Below the pieces are notes generated by a model that worked only from the letters and a program-made list of their open reading frames with translations, did not search any database and was not told the origin of the DNA. This document shows, piece by piece, positions 29,568 through 39,888 of a stretch of 64,000 nucleotides of DNA. Position 1 is the stretch's first letter, and each line of letters opens with the position of its first letter. Source of the DNA: a virus; the IMG/VR virus record IMGVR_UViG_3300009104_000009, positions 1 through 64,000 of that record, one strand, 5' to 3'. The position numbers and the translations under genes are program-made.

Positions 29568-32500
29568 ATGCCTTATATCGGATCAGTACAGGGAACAACT
29601 AAGGATCCGCGCATTCCAGACGCATCCGCAACGACAGGCCACGTTTTAACAAGCGACGGTACTTCTTGGCAAACTCAGGCAGTTCCAACCGAACTTCCAC
29701 AGTCCGGAATGACCGCAGATCAAGTTTTAAAATATGATGGTTCAGCTTGGACTTATGGCGAAGGTGGAGGTGGCGGCGGATCAATGAAAGCTACCGCTTC
29801 TGGAACATTATCAAATGGTGATAAAGTAATTCTTCAAAATGACGGAACAGTAAAAAAAGTAGGAGCCGGTGCAGGAACATGGGATGTATCAGATACACTA
29901 GTAGATGATAATAACACCCAAGCTATGTCTCTTCGGTCATGGGCTTTCATTACTTATGATCCAAATAATGTAAATAAATTTGTTATTGCTTATGTAGATT
30001 CATCTAGTGAGTCTCCCGATCACAAAATAACAATAGAAGTAGGTTCTATATCTGGTACGACCATATCATTTGGATCTCCACAAGAACTTTCTTCATCAAC
30101 TTTGAATAGTGGTGCTAGCATTAGTCAAAGAATTGGTGCCCATTTTCATCCTTCAATTGCGAATTTAATAATATTTGCTTGGGGTGATCAAAACGGTGTA
30201 CAGGTGGTCGCGGGTGAGGTCGGAGCTTCCTCAATAACCCTTGGAACTCAACGAACCATGTCTCCATCTAGCACAGATAGCAATTCCATGTATAGTGTAG
30301 ATCTTAGTTGGGATAAAGAAGGTTCAATAGCTCGAAGATTTGTATGTATCTATGCACGGTTTCAGCCAGGAAATCCACCGCTCTCTGAAAATGGTGAAGA
30401 AGTAGGAGTATTTTCAGGAATGGTAAGTTCTGATGCCGGCGCAGATATAACGTCTGATGGTTCAAGTGCTGGACTGGGTACAAATGTTTTAGTATGGGCC
30501 ACAAGCGACCCAGCACCACCCGGCGAAGCTGGAATGACGGCACAAAACCCATGCGTAAGATGTGATCCTTTACAAGAAGGAAGATTTGTAATAATGTGGA
30601 CTGAAAATCCGGGAATGCCCGGCGGTACAATGGTTAACGTTTGTTCATTAAACTCCACCACTACAATTACTAAAGAGGCAAATCGTACATTAAGTTCAGA
30701 TGGTGGAACAAATGTTAACTGGGTGGAATTTCTTGGTGCAACTTCAGAAATGATTTTCGTGTATAAAAATAACAGTTACCAATCTTGTTTACGACATGCT
30801 TCATTTAATTTACCTGATAATTTTACTTTTGGAACTGAAAAAATCTTTGATACGAGTACATCTTATTCTCTCGGGCGACCATTAATGTCACCGCTTTCCA
30901 ATACAAAGTTTCATGCTGTTTATTCATATGATAATAAAGTTCATGTAAGAGGATTCGGTATTTCTGGGACCGCTCCCTCCCCTGTAGTAATTGCTAATAG
31001 TGCCGGAGCATCAGTTGAATTAGATACCGGATGGATAATGAATGATTTATATGCTGCCAGTGATTTGCAATCTACTGAACCAAGAATTATGGTAGTAGGT
31101 AACGCCGGTGGAGCACCATCGAATTATTCTACCTTTACTACAGCAAAAATAGGAACTGAAACACCGGGTTCATCAAATCTTACCGAAGAAAATTTTATAG
31201 GAATTTCTGACGGAGCATATGCAGATGCCGCCGAAGCAACTATTCAACTCGCAGGAGCAGTTGATGATGCACAATCGGGTCTAACAGTTGGAGCAACATA
31301 TTATGTTCAACCCGATGGAACTTTATCTACCACAGCACATGCAGAAACCAAAGTTTTAGCAGGTCAAGCTGTTTCAGCAACAAAATTATTGATTGCTGAT
31401 AGTTTAGCCGAACAAAAAGCACGTGTACAAGCAAATGCTTATGCTATAACTGTTAATACGTACGCTGCGTCTGTTAATACAGCGGCTCATGCTTATACCG
31501 ATGCGGAAACACTCACTGTTAATAATTATGCGGCTTCTGTTAACACTGCCGCTCATTCTTATGCTGACACAAAACATGCCGAAGCACTTGCCGCGGATAC
31601 GCCTGCAGTAATTGGTGGTCAGGTTGAAGCAACAGCAAATGGTGCAATAACTGACGGGCAATGTTGTATTATTGAATCAGATGGAAAAGTAACCGCAGTA
31701 GCAAATTCAGGTACAGCACTCGATACCGTTACTTCAGATAATAACGCCGCAGACTTAGGTATAAGATCTCAAGATTCATGGTCTTTTGTAGATTATTGTG
31801 GTACCGACAATACAAAATTTGCAATAGTATACGAAAATGCAACTGGACAAAAACTTGTCGCAAAAATTGGAACAATAGGCGCCGGAGATGCCATAACATA
31901 CGGAACTGCCGTAGATGTTACCGCAGCGATCTCTAATAATACTCAACCAGTAATTAAGTTTCATCCAAAAAAATCAAATTTAATAGGAGTTTTTTGGGGA
32001 GATGAGAACGGAGTATTCTTTAAGTGTGGAACTGTTTCAGGGACAGATATAACTTGGAATGAAACAGGTCAATCTGCTGCCATGGCAGCCGAAGCAGGAT
32101 GTAACGGTGGTCAAGGAGCAACTTTTTTTGATTGGGATCCTTTGCATACAACAACTAATAGAGCGGTCCTGTCATACCAATGGACGATTTCGGAAGGAGA
32201 TAAAACTTCCAAAATAATTGCTTGTACTTGTGGTGATGACGGAACTTCCATTACTTTCGGATCAGAGGTTGATATACATACTGCCAGTAATCAGGCACCT
32301 TCAACTCAATTCACTTTAACTATGTCTCCAACCACGGAAGGTAAGGGTTTAGTTTCATATAAACTTAATGATAGTGGTGGTGGAAAAAATCCAGCTATGA
32401 AAATTTTCACAGTATCAGGAACTACTGTTACTCTAGGTTCTGAAATTCATTTGGGATATAATGGAAATGATTACTTCAGAGAGAGTGATGGTTCCGTTTA

Positions 32501-35099
32501 TTCAGCATGGAATCCCGCTGTAACAGATCAATTTGTTTTCTCAGGAAGAAAATCTAGTGATCCACGCGTTGCAATTGGAAATGTTTCAGGTACTTCAGTA
32601 ACTTGGGGAGCTTATCTTGAATTTGGATCTGGACAGTCAGAGCCCGCATTTATTCCATTTTTCGGAAATGATGGATCTAATAGATTTTATGTAGCAGGAA
32701 CTGTATGGAAGAGTCTCGGAGACAGATATTTAAATGTTGTCGGAATGAATATTAATCAATCAACATATGCAATAACAATGGAAGGATCCATGGTTGAATG
32801 TCAAGTACATGATTGGATCAATAACAGCGTTGCATGGCCATGGTACGCCACTGCGTCTCCTAATGGAGCAAAATGCTTACTTCAATCACTTGCTTTAAGT
32901 AGTGGAAATGTAATGACTTCTACCGTTGATATTGGCGCTGAGGGTTCAGCAAATCTTACTGAAACTAATTTCATTGGAGTTGCCGCTAATACTGTTGCAG
33001 ATGGTGCTACCGTAACCATTCAAACCGCCGGAGGAGTTTCAGATGCACAATCCGGTTTAACAGTTGGAACAAAATATTATGTTCGAGAAGATGGTTCATT
33101 AGCTATAACACCGGGAACGCCTTCAGTTCTATTAGGTACCGCGATAGCCGCAACAAAAATTTCAATTGCGGATCCGTTTGCGCTTCCTCCGGCTGCCGGT
33201 GGTGGTGGAGGTGGTGGTGGTCTACTTTCAGCTACTGCTGATGGAGCACTAGCAGACGGTGATAGAGTTATTCTTAAGAGTGATGGAAAAGTTGCAAAAA
33301 TTGCAGCTACTTCATCCGGATCCGATTCTGTTACCGATAATGGACAAGACGAATCTACTGGAATAAGACAGGATAGTTGGCCAATGAGAATAGCAGCCGA
33401 CCCTTTTGATGATACTAAATTTGCAATACTTTATACAAATTCCGGTGGTTATCTATCGGCTAAAATTGGTACTGTAACAGCAGGAACAAATGCAATTTCA
33501 TTTGGAACTGAAGCAACATTTGAATTAGCAACTGGTGGTGAAGGCGCTGAAAATCATTGCGAAGCCGAAATTGTATGGAATACAAAAGCTGCAAATTTAT
33601 TCGGGGTAGTTTCTGGTAATACAACTGGTCCATGTATAAATTTTGGAACAGTTTCAGGCACAACTATTACCGCAGTAGGTTCAGGTGCTGTGTTAAAATC
33701 ACAAGACTGGTCATCAGACGGAAAAATTACTTTGGCTTGGGATAAAAACTATTCCGGAGCAGGTAATAGATTCATTTGTGCTTATACACTTAATGATCAG
33801 ATGAGCATGGCAGTTTCTAATACTTATCTACGTTGTGGTACTGTTACCGATGCAGCCGGAAGTTATGCTGTAGGAACTGAGGTAGATGGTTGGAACAACG
33901 GAGGAGGAAGTGATTATCCGCAGTATGGTCATATGCCTATGATAGAAGATCCTGGAACCGAAGGTAAAGGTGTTTTCACGTGGATTGACGGTAATGATGG
34001 TTCAAAACCAAAATGTGCAACTTATAGTTTAAGCGGAACTACTGTTTCTGTGGGAACAACCGCAACAATAGATGCTTCAAATGGTTCATCTACATCTTAT
34101 CTGGATTGGATGCCAGGTACTCAAAATTTTATATTTGGATGGCGTAAAGCATATTATCCAAATTTAATTATAGGTACAGTATCAGGTACTACTGTTTCTA
34201 TGGGAACAGCTTTTGAAGTACATAGCTCACAAGATGAAGCTTATATACCCAAATTTGGATTAAATCCAACAACAAAAGTTTACGGATTTGGAAATAAAAA
34301 TCAGCAACTTTACGGCCGCGCATTCACCATATCCGGTACAACTATTTCTAGTTTGCAGGCCGATCCAGGAACTGCTTTATATGGATTGAATCAAATGGGG
34401 ATGCATTATAGAGCCACAGTACAAAAAGATGGTGTATCAGCGGTATTCTATGGTGTAAATGGTAGTAATGCTTCCGATTATAATGTTTTTGGAACTGCTA
34501 CAATTGGTGAATCAGGAGCTTCAAATCTCACAGCTTCTAACTTTGTAGGAATTGTTTCCGGAGCAGTCGCAGACGGCGCAACAGCTAATGTTCAAACGTC
34601 TAGTTCAGTTGATGATGCTCAATCTGGATTAACACCCGGTTCCGATTATTACGTACAATCGGACGGTACATTAGCAACAACTCCAGACTCAACGCTTGGA
34701 GCAATATTGGCTGGTAAAGCAGTGGCTGCTACAAAGTTGTTAATCGCAGATCCACGGCCACCTGAACCCGTTAAACCAGGTGAATTTGAAATAGTCGCAG
34801 ATGGAGCGCTTACTAAAGGAAAACCAGTTATTGTAACTTCCGGTGGAAAAGCAAAAGCAATTAGTAGTAATCTTACCACGGAGAATTTTGTAGGATTTGC
34901 AACAGATACATATGCGGATGGAGCAACAGCTAAAATCTTAACATTCGGAAATGTTGAAGCAAATCAAACCGGCTTAACACCAGGTGAAATGTATTATGTC
35001 CAAAATGATGGGACATTAGCAACAGGATCAGATCCTGGAGTAACAGTTATTGCCGGAACAGCAATTGCCGCTACTAAATTAGTAATTTCTAGAGGATAA
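29568..35099 (+). CDS. Large modular tail fibre/adhesin (1843 aa)
   Basis: MPYIG start; four copies of a split conserved module, three with large inserts. Confidence 0.75.
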   Translation: MPYIGSVQGTTKDPRIPDASATTGHVLTSDGTSWQTQAVPTELPQSGMTADQVLKYDGSAWTYGEGGGGGGSMKATASGTLSNGDKVILQNDGTVKKVGAGAGTWDVSDTLVDDNNTQAMSLRSWAFITYDPNNVNKFVIAYVDSSSESPDHKITIEVGSISGTTISFGSPQELSSSTLNSGASISQRIGAHFHPSIANLIIFAWGDQNGVQVVAGEVGASSITLGTQRTMSPSSTDSNSMYSVDLSWDKEGSIARRFVCIYARFQPGNPPLSENGEEVGVFSGMVSSDAGADITSDGSSAGLGTNVLVWATSDPAPPGEAGMTAQNPCVRCDPLQEGRFVIMWTENPGMPGGTMVNVCSLNSTTTITKEANRTLSSDGGTNVNWVEFLGATSEMIFVYKNNSYQSCLRHASFNLPDNFTFGTEKIFDTSTSYSLGRPLMSPLSNTKFHAVYSYDNKVHVRGFGISGTAPSPVVIANSAGASVELDTGWIMNDLYAASDLQSTEPRIMVVGNAGGAPSNYSTFTTAKIGTETPGSSNLTEENFIGISDGAYADAAEATIQLAGAVDDAQSGLTVGATYYVQPDGTLSTTAHAETKVLAGQAVSATKLLIADSLAEQKARVQANAYAITVNTYAASVNTAAHAYTDAETLTVNNYAASVNTAAHSYADTKHAEALAADTPAVIGGQVEATANGAITDGQCCIIESDGKVTAVANSGTALDTVTSDNNAADLGIRSQDSWSFVDYCGTDNTKFAIVYENATGQKLVAKIGTIGAGDAITYGTAVDVTAAISNNTQPVIKFHPKKSNLIGVFWGDENGVFFKCGTVSGTDITWNETGQSAAMAAEAGCNGGQGATFFDWDPLHTTTNRAVLSYQWTISEGDKTSKIIACTCGDDGTSITFGSEVDIHTASNQAPSTQFTLTMSPTTEGKGLVSYKLNDSGGGKNPAMKIFTVSGTTVTLGSEIHLGYNGNDYFRESDGSVYSAWNPAVTDQFVFSGRKSSDPRVAIGNVSGTSVTWGAYLEFGSGQSEPAFIPFFGNDGSNRFYVAGTVWKSLGDRYLNVVGMNINQSTYAITMEGSMVECQVHDWINNSVAWPWYATASPNGAKCLLQSLALSSGNVMTSTVDIGAEGSANLTETNFIGVAANTVADGATVTIQTAGGVSDAQSGLTVGTKYYVREDGSLAITPGTPSVLLGTAIAATKISIADPFALPPAAGGGGGGGGLLSATADGALADGDRVILKSDGKVAKIAATSSGSDSVTDNGQDESTGIRQDSWPMRIAADPFDDTKFAILYTNSGGYLSAKIGTVTAGTNAISFGTEATFELATGGEGAENHCEAEIVWNTKAANLFGVVSGNTTGPCINFGTVSGTTITAVGSGAVLKSQDWSSDGKITLAWDKNYSGAGNRFICAYTLNDQMSMAVSNTYLRCGTVTDAAGSYAVGTEVDGWNNGGGSDYPQYGHMPMIEDPGTEGKGVFTWIDGNDGSKPKCATYSLSGTTVSVGTTATIDASNGSSTSYLDWMPGTQNFIFGWRKAYYPNLIIGTVSGTTVSMGTAFEVHSSQDEAYIPKFGLNPTTKVYGFGNKNQQLYGRAFTISGTTISSLQADPGTALYGLNQMGMHYRATVQKDGVSAVFYGVNGSNASDYNVFGTATIGESGASNLTASNFVGIVSGAVADGATANVQTSSSVDDAQSGLTPGSDYYVQSDGTLATTPDSTLGAILAGKAVAATKLLIADPRPPEPVKPGEFEIVADGALTKGKPVIVTSGGKAKAISSNLTTENFVGFATDTYADGATAKILTFGNVEANQTGLTPGEMYYVQNDGTLATGSDPGVTVIAGTAIAATKLVISRG
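31449..31568 (+). repeat. 66-nt tandem duplication (TVNxYAASVNTAAHxYxD)
   Basis: actgttaat at 31449 and 31515. Confidence 0.8.
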
Positions 35100-35121
35100 G
35101 CTAAAAAAATTATATAATGTA

Positions 35122-36564
35122 ATGTGTGGATTTTTTGGTATAAGCGATAGATCTCTAATTGATACAGATTTAAATGACGTAAATGAGAGAGGCGAATTTA
35201 GCTTCTCTTATTATGGTCATGACCGGTCATTTTTTCATCAAAGTGTTCTCCCCGTTACTGGAACTTTTCCAGGCCAACAAGTATTTAATGTAGATGATTA
35301 TTATTTTACTTACACAGGTGAAATATATAATGCTCCTACAAAAGGTTATGCCAATGATACAGAATGGTTAGCAGAAAAAATAAGAAGACAAGATTATAAT
35401 TTTGATGATGTAAACGGCCAATATGCTATTTCTGTTTATGATAAGAAAAATTCCACTATAACACTAATTAGAGATCCTATAGGTCAAGTACCTCTTTTTT
35501 ATTATAATAAAAATTGTTTGATTTTTAGTAATACAATAAAATCTATAGCAACAACTGTTAAAACAAAATTAGATAAGGATTTCCTTAAACGTTGGCATCA
35601 ATTACGGCATTATACATTAGATAAAACTCACTATAAAGATATTAAGTTATTTCCTAAAGGTTTAATAATAACTTATAACATGCGCGGTAAAGCCCTTAAA
35701 TCGCGCATTATTAAGCCAAAACGAATATATGATGGTAATATATTGAAACTATTAAAAAACATGAAACAACCGTATTTAAGCCATCGAGTTAATTGCGGAA
35801 TAGTTTCAGGCGGAGTAGATAGTTCTATTGTATCGGCTCTTTTTAAAGATAAATTAGATTGTTATGTGACAACGATCAATAAAGATAAATGCTGGGCTTC
35901 AGCCGATGTTGAAAAATATGGATTTCCAGATTCTTTAAAAGAAGTTAAAAATGATGAAAAACAATGGTGTGAAGCCGCAATAGAATATATTCAAAAATCT
36001 TATATGATTCCTTATACGTGGAGTTATGTTGGTTATTATATAATGGGTAAAGCAATGAAGCCTTATGCAAAAGTAATGGTGACAGGTGAAGGAGCAGATG
36101 AAATATTTGGAGGATATGATTTATATAAAAGTAATAAACTTTCCAAATATTCTAAAGTAACTGATGGAAAATTTTTAAATGCTAAATATAAGCAACAAAT
36201 CGGAAAACAAATCTCAAAATTTAATAATGTAGCACAAGCAAATAAGTATTTGGATCAAAGATCCTTTCTCCCCTGTGCGGCAATTGGTGCAAATTTAGCA
36301 TTAGGAATGAATTGTATAGAAGCCCGGAATCCCTTTTTAGATCATTCTGTATTCTATAATGATGCTTTTATAGAAGATGTTGGAAAAGAAAGATTAGTAA
36401 AAATATTTAAAGATGTATTTGGTTTTGATCCACCAAAAAAACAAGGTTTTTCTGGTTATATGAATGAATTATACAATTACTTTAATAGTTCATATGAGGA
36501 GATTGATTCAAAAGATATAGGTCTTTGGAAAGATGCTTGTTATCAAATTATGGAAAACACATGA
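35122..36564 (+). CDS. Asparagine synthetase B-like amidotransferase
   Basis: MCGFFG Ntn start, RDPIGQVPLFY, SGGVDSS, TGEGADEIFGGY. Confidence 0.88.
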   Translation: MCGFFGISDRSLIDTDLNDVNERGEFSFSYYGHDRSFFHQSVLPVTGTFPGQQVFNVDDYYFTYTGEIYNAPTKGYANDTEWLAEKIRRQDYNFDDVNGQYAISVYDKKNSTITLIRDPIGQVPLFYYNKNCLIFSNTIKSIATTVKTKLDKDFLKRWHQLRHYTLDKTHYKDIKLFPKGLIITYNMRGKALKSRIIKPKRIYDGNILKLLKNMKQPYLSHRVNCGIVSGGVDSSIVSALFKDKLDCYVTTINKDKCWASADVEKYGFPDSLKEVKNDEKQWCEAAIEYIQKSYMIPYTWSYVGYYIMGKAMKPYAKVMVTGEGADEIFGGYDLYKSNKLSKYSKVTDGKFLNAKYKQQIGKQISKFNNVAQANKYLDQRSFLPCAAIGANLALGMNCIEARNPFLDHSVFYNDAFIEDVGKERLVKIFKDVFGFDPPKKQGFSGYMNELYNYFNSSYEEIDSKDIGLWKDACYQIMENT

Positions 36565-37229
36565 TAGATTTTTTTGTTGGTTATACACCAGGTAGAGAAG
36601 TCGCTAATAGAAAATGTAGACAATCTTTAGCGCAATTTGGAGTAGTTACTCACGATGTTCCACATTATTGGGTACCTAAAACAAATAATCCCTTCGCGAG
36701 AACTAGATATTTAGTTCCATTAATAGATTATAAAATAGAACATCAATGGGTTGCTTTTGTAGATGATGATTTCTTGTTTTTCAAGAATCCGTTGTCTTTA
36801 TATGATAAATTAGATGATAGTAAAATATTATATGTTGCTAAACACCCTGAATATGTATCTGTAACTACTGTGAAAATGGCAGGGAAGGAAAAACGTAAAG
36901 GTTGGCGAAATATTAATTATCCTAGAAAGAATTGGTCTAGTTTAATGATATTTAATAAAGAGGTATTTCCTTTAACAGTTGAGGAAATTTTTCATTCTCC
37001 TATGAGTTACCTACACCAGTTAGAATGGGCCGGCTCAGAGGAAAATATAGGATCCATTCCTTTGGAATGGAATTGGTTGGTTGGGGAAGAACATTGCCCT
37101 GACCGTAAAGATATTAATGCCGCTCATTTCACTTTAGGTGGTCCTTGGTATGAAGAGTGGCCAAAGTCAATTTATGATAAACCATGGTTAGAAATGGAAG
37201 AATATGATTACAGTAAAGATTGGTCATAA
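36561..37229 (+). CDS. Nucleotide-sugar glycosyltransferase (GT-A)
   Basis: FARTRYLVP, FVDDDFLF, YPRKNWSS, EWNWLVG, HFTLGGPW. Confidence 0.8.
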   Translation: MIDFFVGYTPGREVANRKCRQSLAQFGVVTHDVPHYWVPKTNNPFARTRYLVPLIDYKIEHQWVAFVDDDFLFFKNPLSLYDKLDDSKILYVAKHPEYVSVTTVKMAGKEKRKGWRNINYPRKNWSSLMIFNKEVFPLTVEEIFHSPMSYLHQLEWAGSEENIGSIPLEWNWLVGEEHCPDRKDINAAHFTLGGPWYEEWPKSIYDKPWLEMEEYDYSKDWS

Positions 37230-37446
37230 GGATTCGGACCAGCGAAATATTATTAAAGCCTTACAAAAATTGAAACAAATAGTATCTCGAGAAGGCACTC
37301 TTAATGAGATAAAAAAACGAAGATATTTTCAAAAACCTTCAATGAAAAAAAGGATAAAACGTGAGGAAGCAGAAAGGCAGCGGATAAAGGATTTTCGCAA
37401 AGAACTTAAACAGGTCGAAAGGCTAGAACAACAAATGTGGGGATAA
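37204..37446 (+). CDS. rpsU: Ribosomal protein bS21
   Basis: ALQKLKQ...EGTLNEIKKRRYFQKPS.KKR. Confidence 0.85.
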   Translation: MITVKIGHKDSDQRNIIKALQKLKQIVSREGTLNEIKKRRYFQKPSMKKRIKREEAERQRIKDFRKELKQVERLEQQMWG

Positions 37447-37450
37447 ACAT

Positions 37451-37627
37451 TTGAATTATACAGACAAACTAGAAAAAAATCCAAAAAATAAAAGAAGGTA
37501 TAGAGATAGTCTTATGAGTTATGTAATGACTCAATTACCTTTAGATCACGAAAAAACCATTGCATTATTTGCGGATAGGGCTCTTCTTGAGGCCTATCAA
37601 AATGGACTACAGGATGGTCGCAAATAA
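37451..37627 (+). CDS. Small hypothetical protein (TTG start, or ATG 37514)
   Basis: Open frame fills the gap: ...MSYVMTQLPLDHEKTIALFADRALLEAYQNGLQDGRK. Confidence 0.4.
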   Translation: MNYTDKLEKNPKNKRRYRDSLMSYVMTQLPLDHEKTIALFADRALLEAYQNGLQDGRK

Positions 37628-37630
37628 AAC

Positions 37631-37659
37631 TTGATTTATTATATAATTTAGTATATAAT
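37631..37659 (+). promoter_or_regulatory. Sigma70-type promoter
   Basis: TTGATT-N17-TATAAT. Confidence 0.65.
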
Positions 37660-37683
37660 AAAAACTTTAAATTTAAATATATT

Positions 37684-37932
37684 ATGCCAGTTAGACCAAC
37701 ACAGAGTTATTGGCAATCTAACATTCCTCCCGAATACGCAGATTCCAGACACTCATATACAACAGAAATTTTATATCATTTTACATGCGGCTCTTGCCAG
37801 GAATGGTGGAGTTACGCGCATTCTCCAAGTAAAATGGAAATGGATTTAACCCTCCCAGATAATGAAAAATTCTGGTGTCCTCATTGTGGACATTCTCAAA
37901 CCTTAAAAATAAAAACAGGATTTCCGATATGA
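37684..37932 (+). CDS. Zinc-ribbon protein
   Basis: CGSC...CPHC. Confidence 0.6.
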   Translation: MPVRPTQSYWQSNIPPEYADSRHSYTTEILYHFTCGSCQEWWSYAHSPSKMEMDLTLPDNEKFWCPHCGHSQTLKIKTGFPI

Positions 37933-38285
37933 ATGAAACGCATGACGCCGCATTATCCAAGGCGGTTTTCGAACATGAGATAAAAGTAATTAAATTAACT
38001 ACCGGAGAAGAGTTAGTTTCTAAAGTTAGAGATTTAGATGATAAATATGAATTAATAGAAGCTATTCAGTTTCGTTGGGGTTTTGAATATGATGCAGATA
38101 TGGGCCGTAATGTTGAAAGATTACAACCTACACCATTTCCTACCAACGCTAATTTAGGTAGATATGAAATAGATAAGAAATTTGTAATGGTTATGGCTAG
38201 TCCTCGAACCGATGCACTCGGAGTTTATCATACATTTGTTGCCTCATTATTAAACTATAATGCCCAGCCTAATCCAGAGGCATAA
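37929..38285 (+). CDS. Sm-like small protein
   Basis: IKVIKLTTGEELVSKV motif common in T4-like phages. Confidence 0.55.
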   Translation: MNETHDAALSKAVFEHEIKVIKLTTGEELVSKVRDLDDKYELIEAIQFRWGFEYDADMGRNVERLQPTPFPTNANLGRYEIDKKFVMVMASPRTDALGVYHTFVASLLNYNAQPNPEA

Positions 38286-38311
38286 TTTCATAAATAAATT
38301 GAAAGGCGATT

Positions 38312-38692
38312 ATGGCATATTCAAAAAAGGTAGTGGACCACTATGAACAACCGAGAAATGTGGGTTCTCTTAATTCCTCTGACAATAGTGTTGGTACTGG
38401 TCTTGTTGGAGCGCCTGAATGTGGCGATGTAATGAAACTTCAAATTGAAGTTAAAGATAATAAAATCGTTGATGCAAAATTTAAAACATTTGGGTGTGGC
38501 TCTGCTATAGCGGCGTCGTCATTAGCAACGGAATGGGTTAAAGGTCAATCTATTGATGAAGCTATGACAGTTAGCAATGTAGAAATTGTTGAAGAATTAT
38601 CACTCCCACCAGTAAAAATTCACTGTTCAGTTCTTGCGGAAGATGCTATTAAAGCAGCAATTGCAGATTATAAGGAAAAGCAGGCACTATGA
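38312..38692 (+). CDS. iscU: Fe-S cluster scaffold IscU
   Basis: DHYEQPRNVG, GAPECGDVM, FGCGSAIA, LPPVKIHCSVLAEDA. Confidence 0.97.
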   Translation: MAYSKKVVDHYEQPRNVGSLNSSDNSVGTGLVGAPECGDVMKLQIEVKDNKIVDAKFKTFGCGSAIAASSLATEWVKGQSIDEAMTVSNVEIVEELSLPPVKIHCSVLAEDAIKAAIADYKEKQAL

Positions 38693-39888
38693 AAAAATTT
38701 AAAGAATATTTTAAACCAGTTCAGGAAAAAGAAGAACTTAAAGAAGAAGTTCTTGAAGAGGCTGTTTATTGGCAAGTATTAATTCCTGGTATATCAACTC
38801 CTGTTTTTATTGAAGGACCTGCAAAGTCAGGTATTAAAATGGAATTGAGAACGCAATTAAAACCGGAAGCTTGGAAGAATCTAATCATTAATAGAATCAC
38901 GAAGCCTCAAATACGAAAAATATATAGGGATATGGCGAAAGATCCCGAAATGTATGATGATGCATCAGATGGTGTTAGTGAAGCTCTTGAAGAATCTACT
39001 GCATCATATGCAAAGTCTTTGGAAAAGATTGCTAGAGATAGACAATTAAAGATGCTCTCTAAATCTGAAAGACAAAATTTACTTAAAATAGCGGCACTCT
39101 TAGATAAAGAAAAAAAAGAAGAAGTTGAATTTGATGAGGGTATTATGGATACTGCGGGATTTCATAATTATCCAAAAAGAAATAAAGTGGGAGATGAAAT
39201 AGAAAAAATTGCAAGTAAAGGTGGAACAGATAAATTCAACCTTTCAAAAGTTGCTTCTGAATTACAGAAGGGTAGAATCCCACATAAGTTTATTAAAAAA
39301 CTCAGTCCAAAAGGTAAGAAAGCAGTTCATGATATTATGAAAGATTTTGGATGGAAAGAATTACCAGAAGATAATGAAGTAAATGAAGTTCCGTTCGTCC
39401 CGTTAGCTTTAGGAGCTGCGAGAATAGGTGGAGCAATCTTAAAAGGTGTAGGGCGCGGAGCAGGCAGAATCGGCACAGCCGGAGCAGGATTTGGTTTAGG
39501 GCAAGCAGCGAATGCAATATCAAAAATACCAAGCTCTGTAGGTAAGGCAGTCGCAGGTGGTGTTGCAGCAGGGGCTACAAAAGCGGCAATTAGTCATCAT
39601 TTATCAAATAAGGCTAAAGAGAAAGCAAAAAAAGATAAAGAAAAAAAAGAAGAGAGTAGAGAACCTAGAATTCATATGAAAGCAATTGATGAGAAAATGG
39701 CTGATAAGTATAAAGCAATGAATAAAGCCGGTGATCAGATAATGAAACTCGCAAAAAAGTATAAATCATTTGATTTAACGAGTATCGCTTCTGAATTAAG
39801 AAAAGGCAAAATTCCAAAAATTAATAAGTTAAAACCGAATGATTTTAAAGAAGTAGGTGCAATTTACGATAAACTGGGGTTGAGATAA
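38689..39888 (+). CDS. Modular putative internal head protein
   Basis: MKKFKEY leader; modules separated by hydrophobic-x-E sites; Gly-zipper segment. Confidence 0.5.
   Translation: MKKFKEYFKPVQEKEELKEEVLEEAVYWQVLIPGISTPVFIEGPAKSGIKMELRTQLKPEAWKNLIINRITKPQIRKIYRDMAKDPEMYDDASDGVSEALEESTASYAKSLEKIARDRQLKMLSKSERQNLLKIAALLDKEKKEEVEFDEGIMDTAGFHNYPKRNKVGDEIEKIASKGGTDKFNLSKVASELQKGRIPHKFIKKLSPKGKKAVHDIMKDFGWKELPEDNEVNEVPFVPLALGAARIGGAILKGVGRGAGRIGTAGAGFGLGQAANAISKIPSSVGKAVAGGVAAGATKAAISHHLSNKAKEKAKKDKEKKEESREPRIHMKAIDEKMADKYKAMNKAGDQIMKLAKKYKSFDLTSIASELRKGKIPKINKLKPNDFKEVGAIYDKLGLR

Noticed and set aside
35122-36564. AsnB-like gene as Gat-QueC completing the deazaguanine pathway
   Set aside because: It has the AsnB-specific GEGADEIFGGY motif and lacks the QueC C-terminal zinc-binding Cys cluster.
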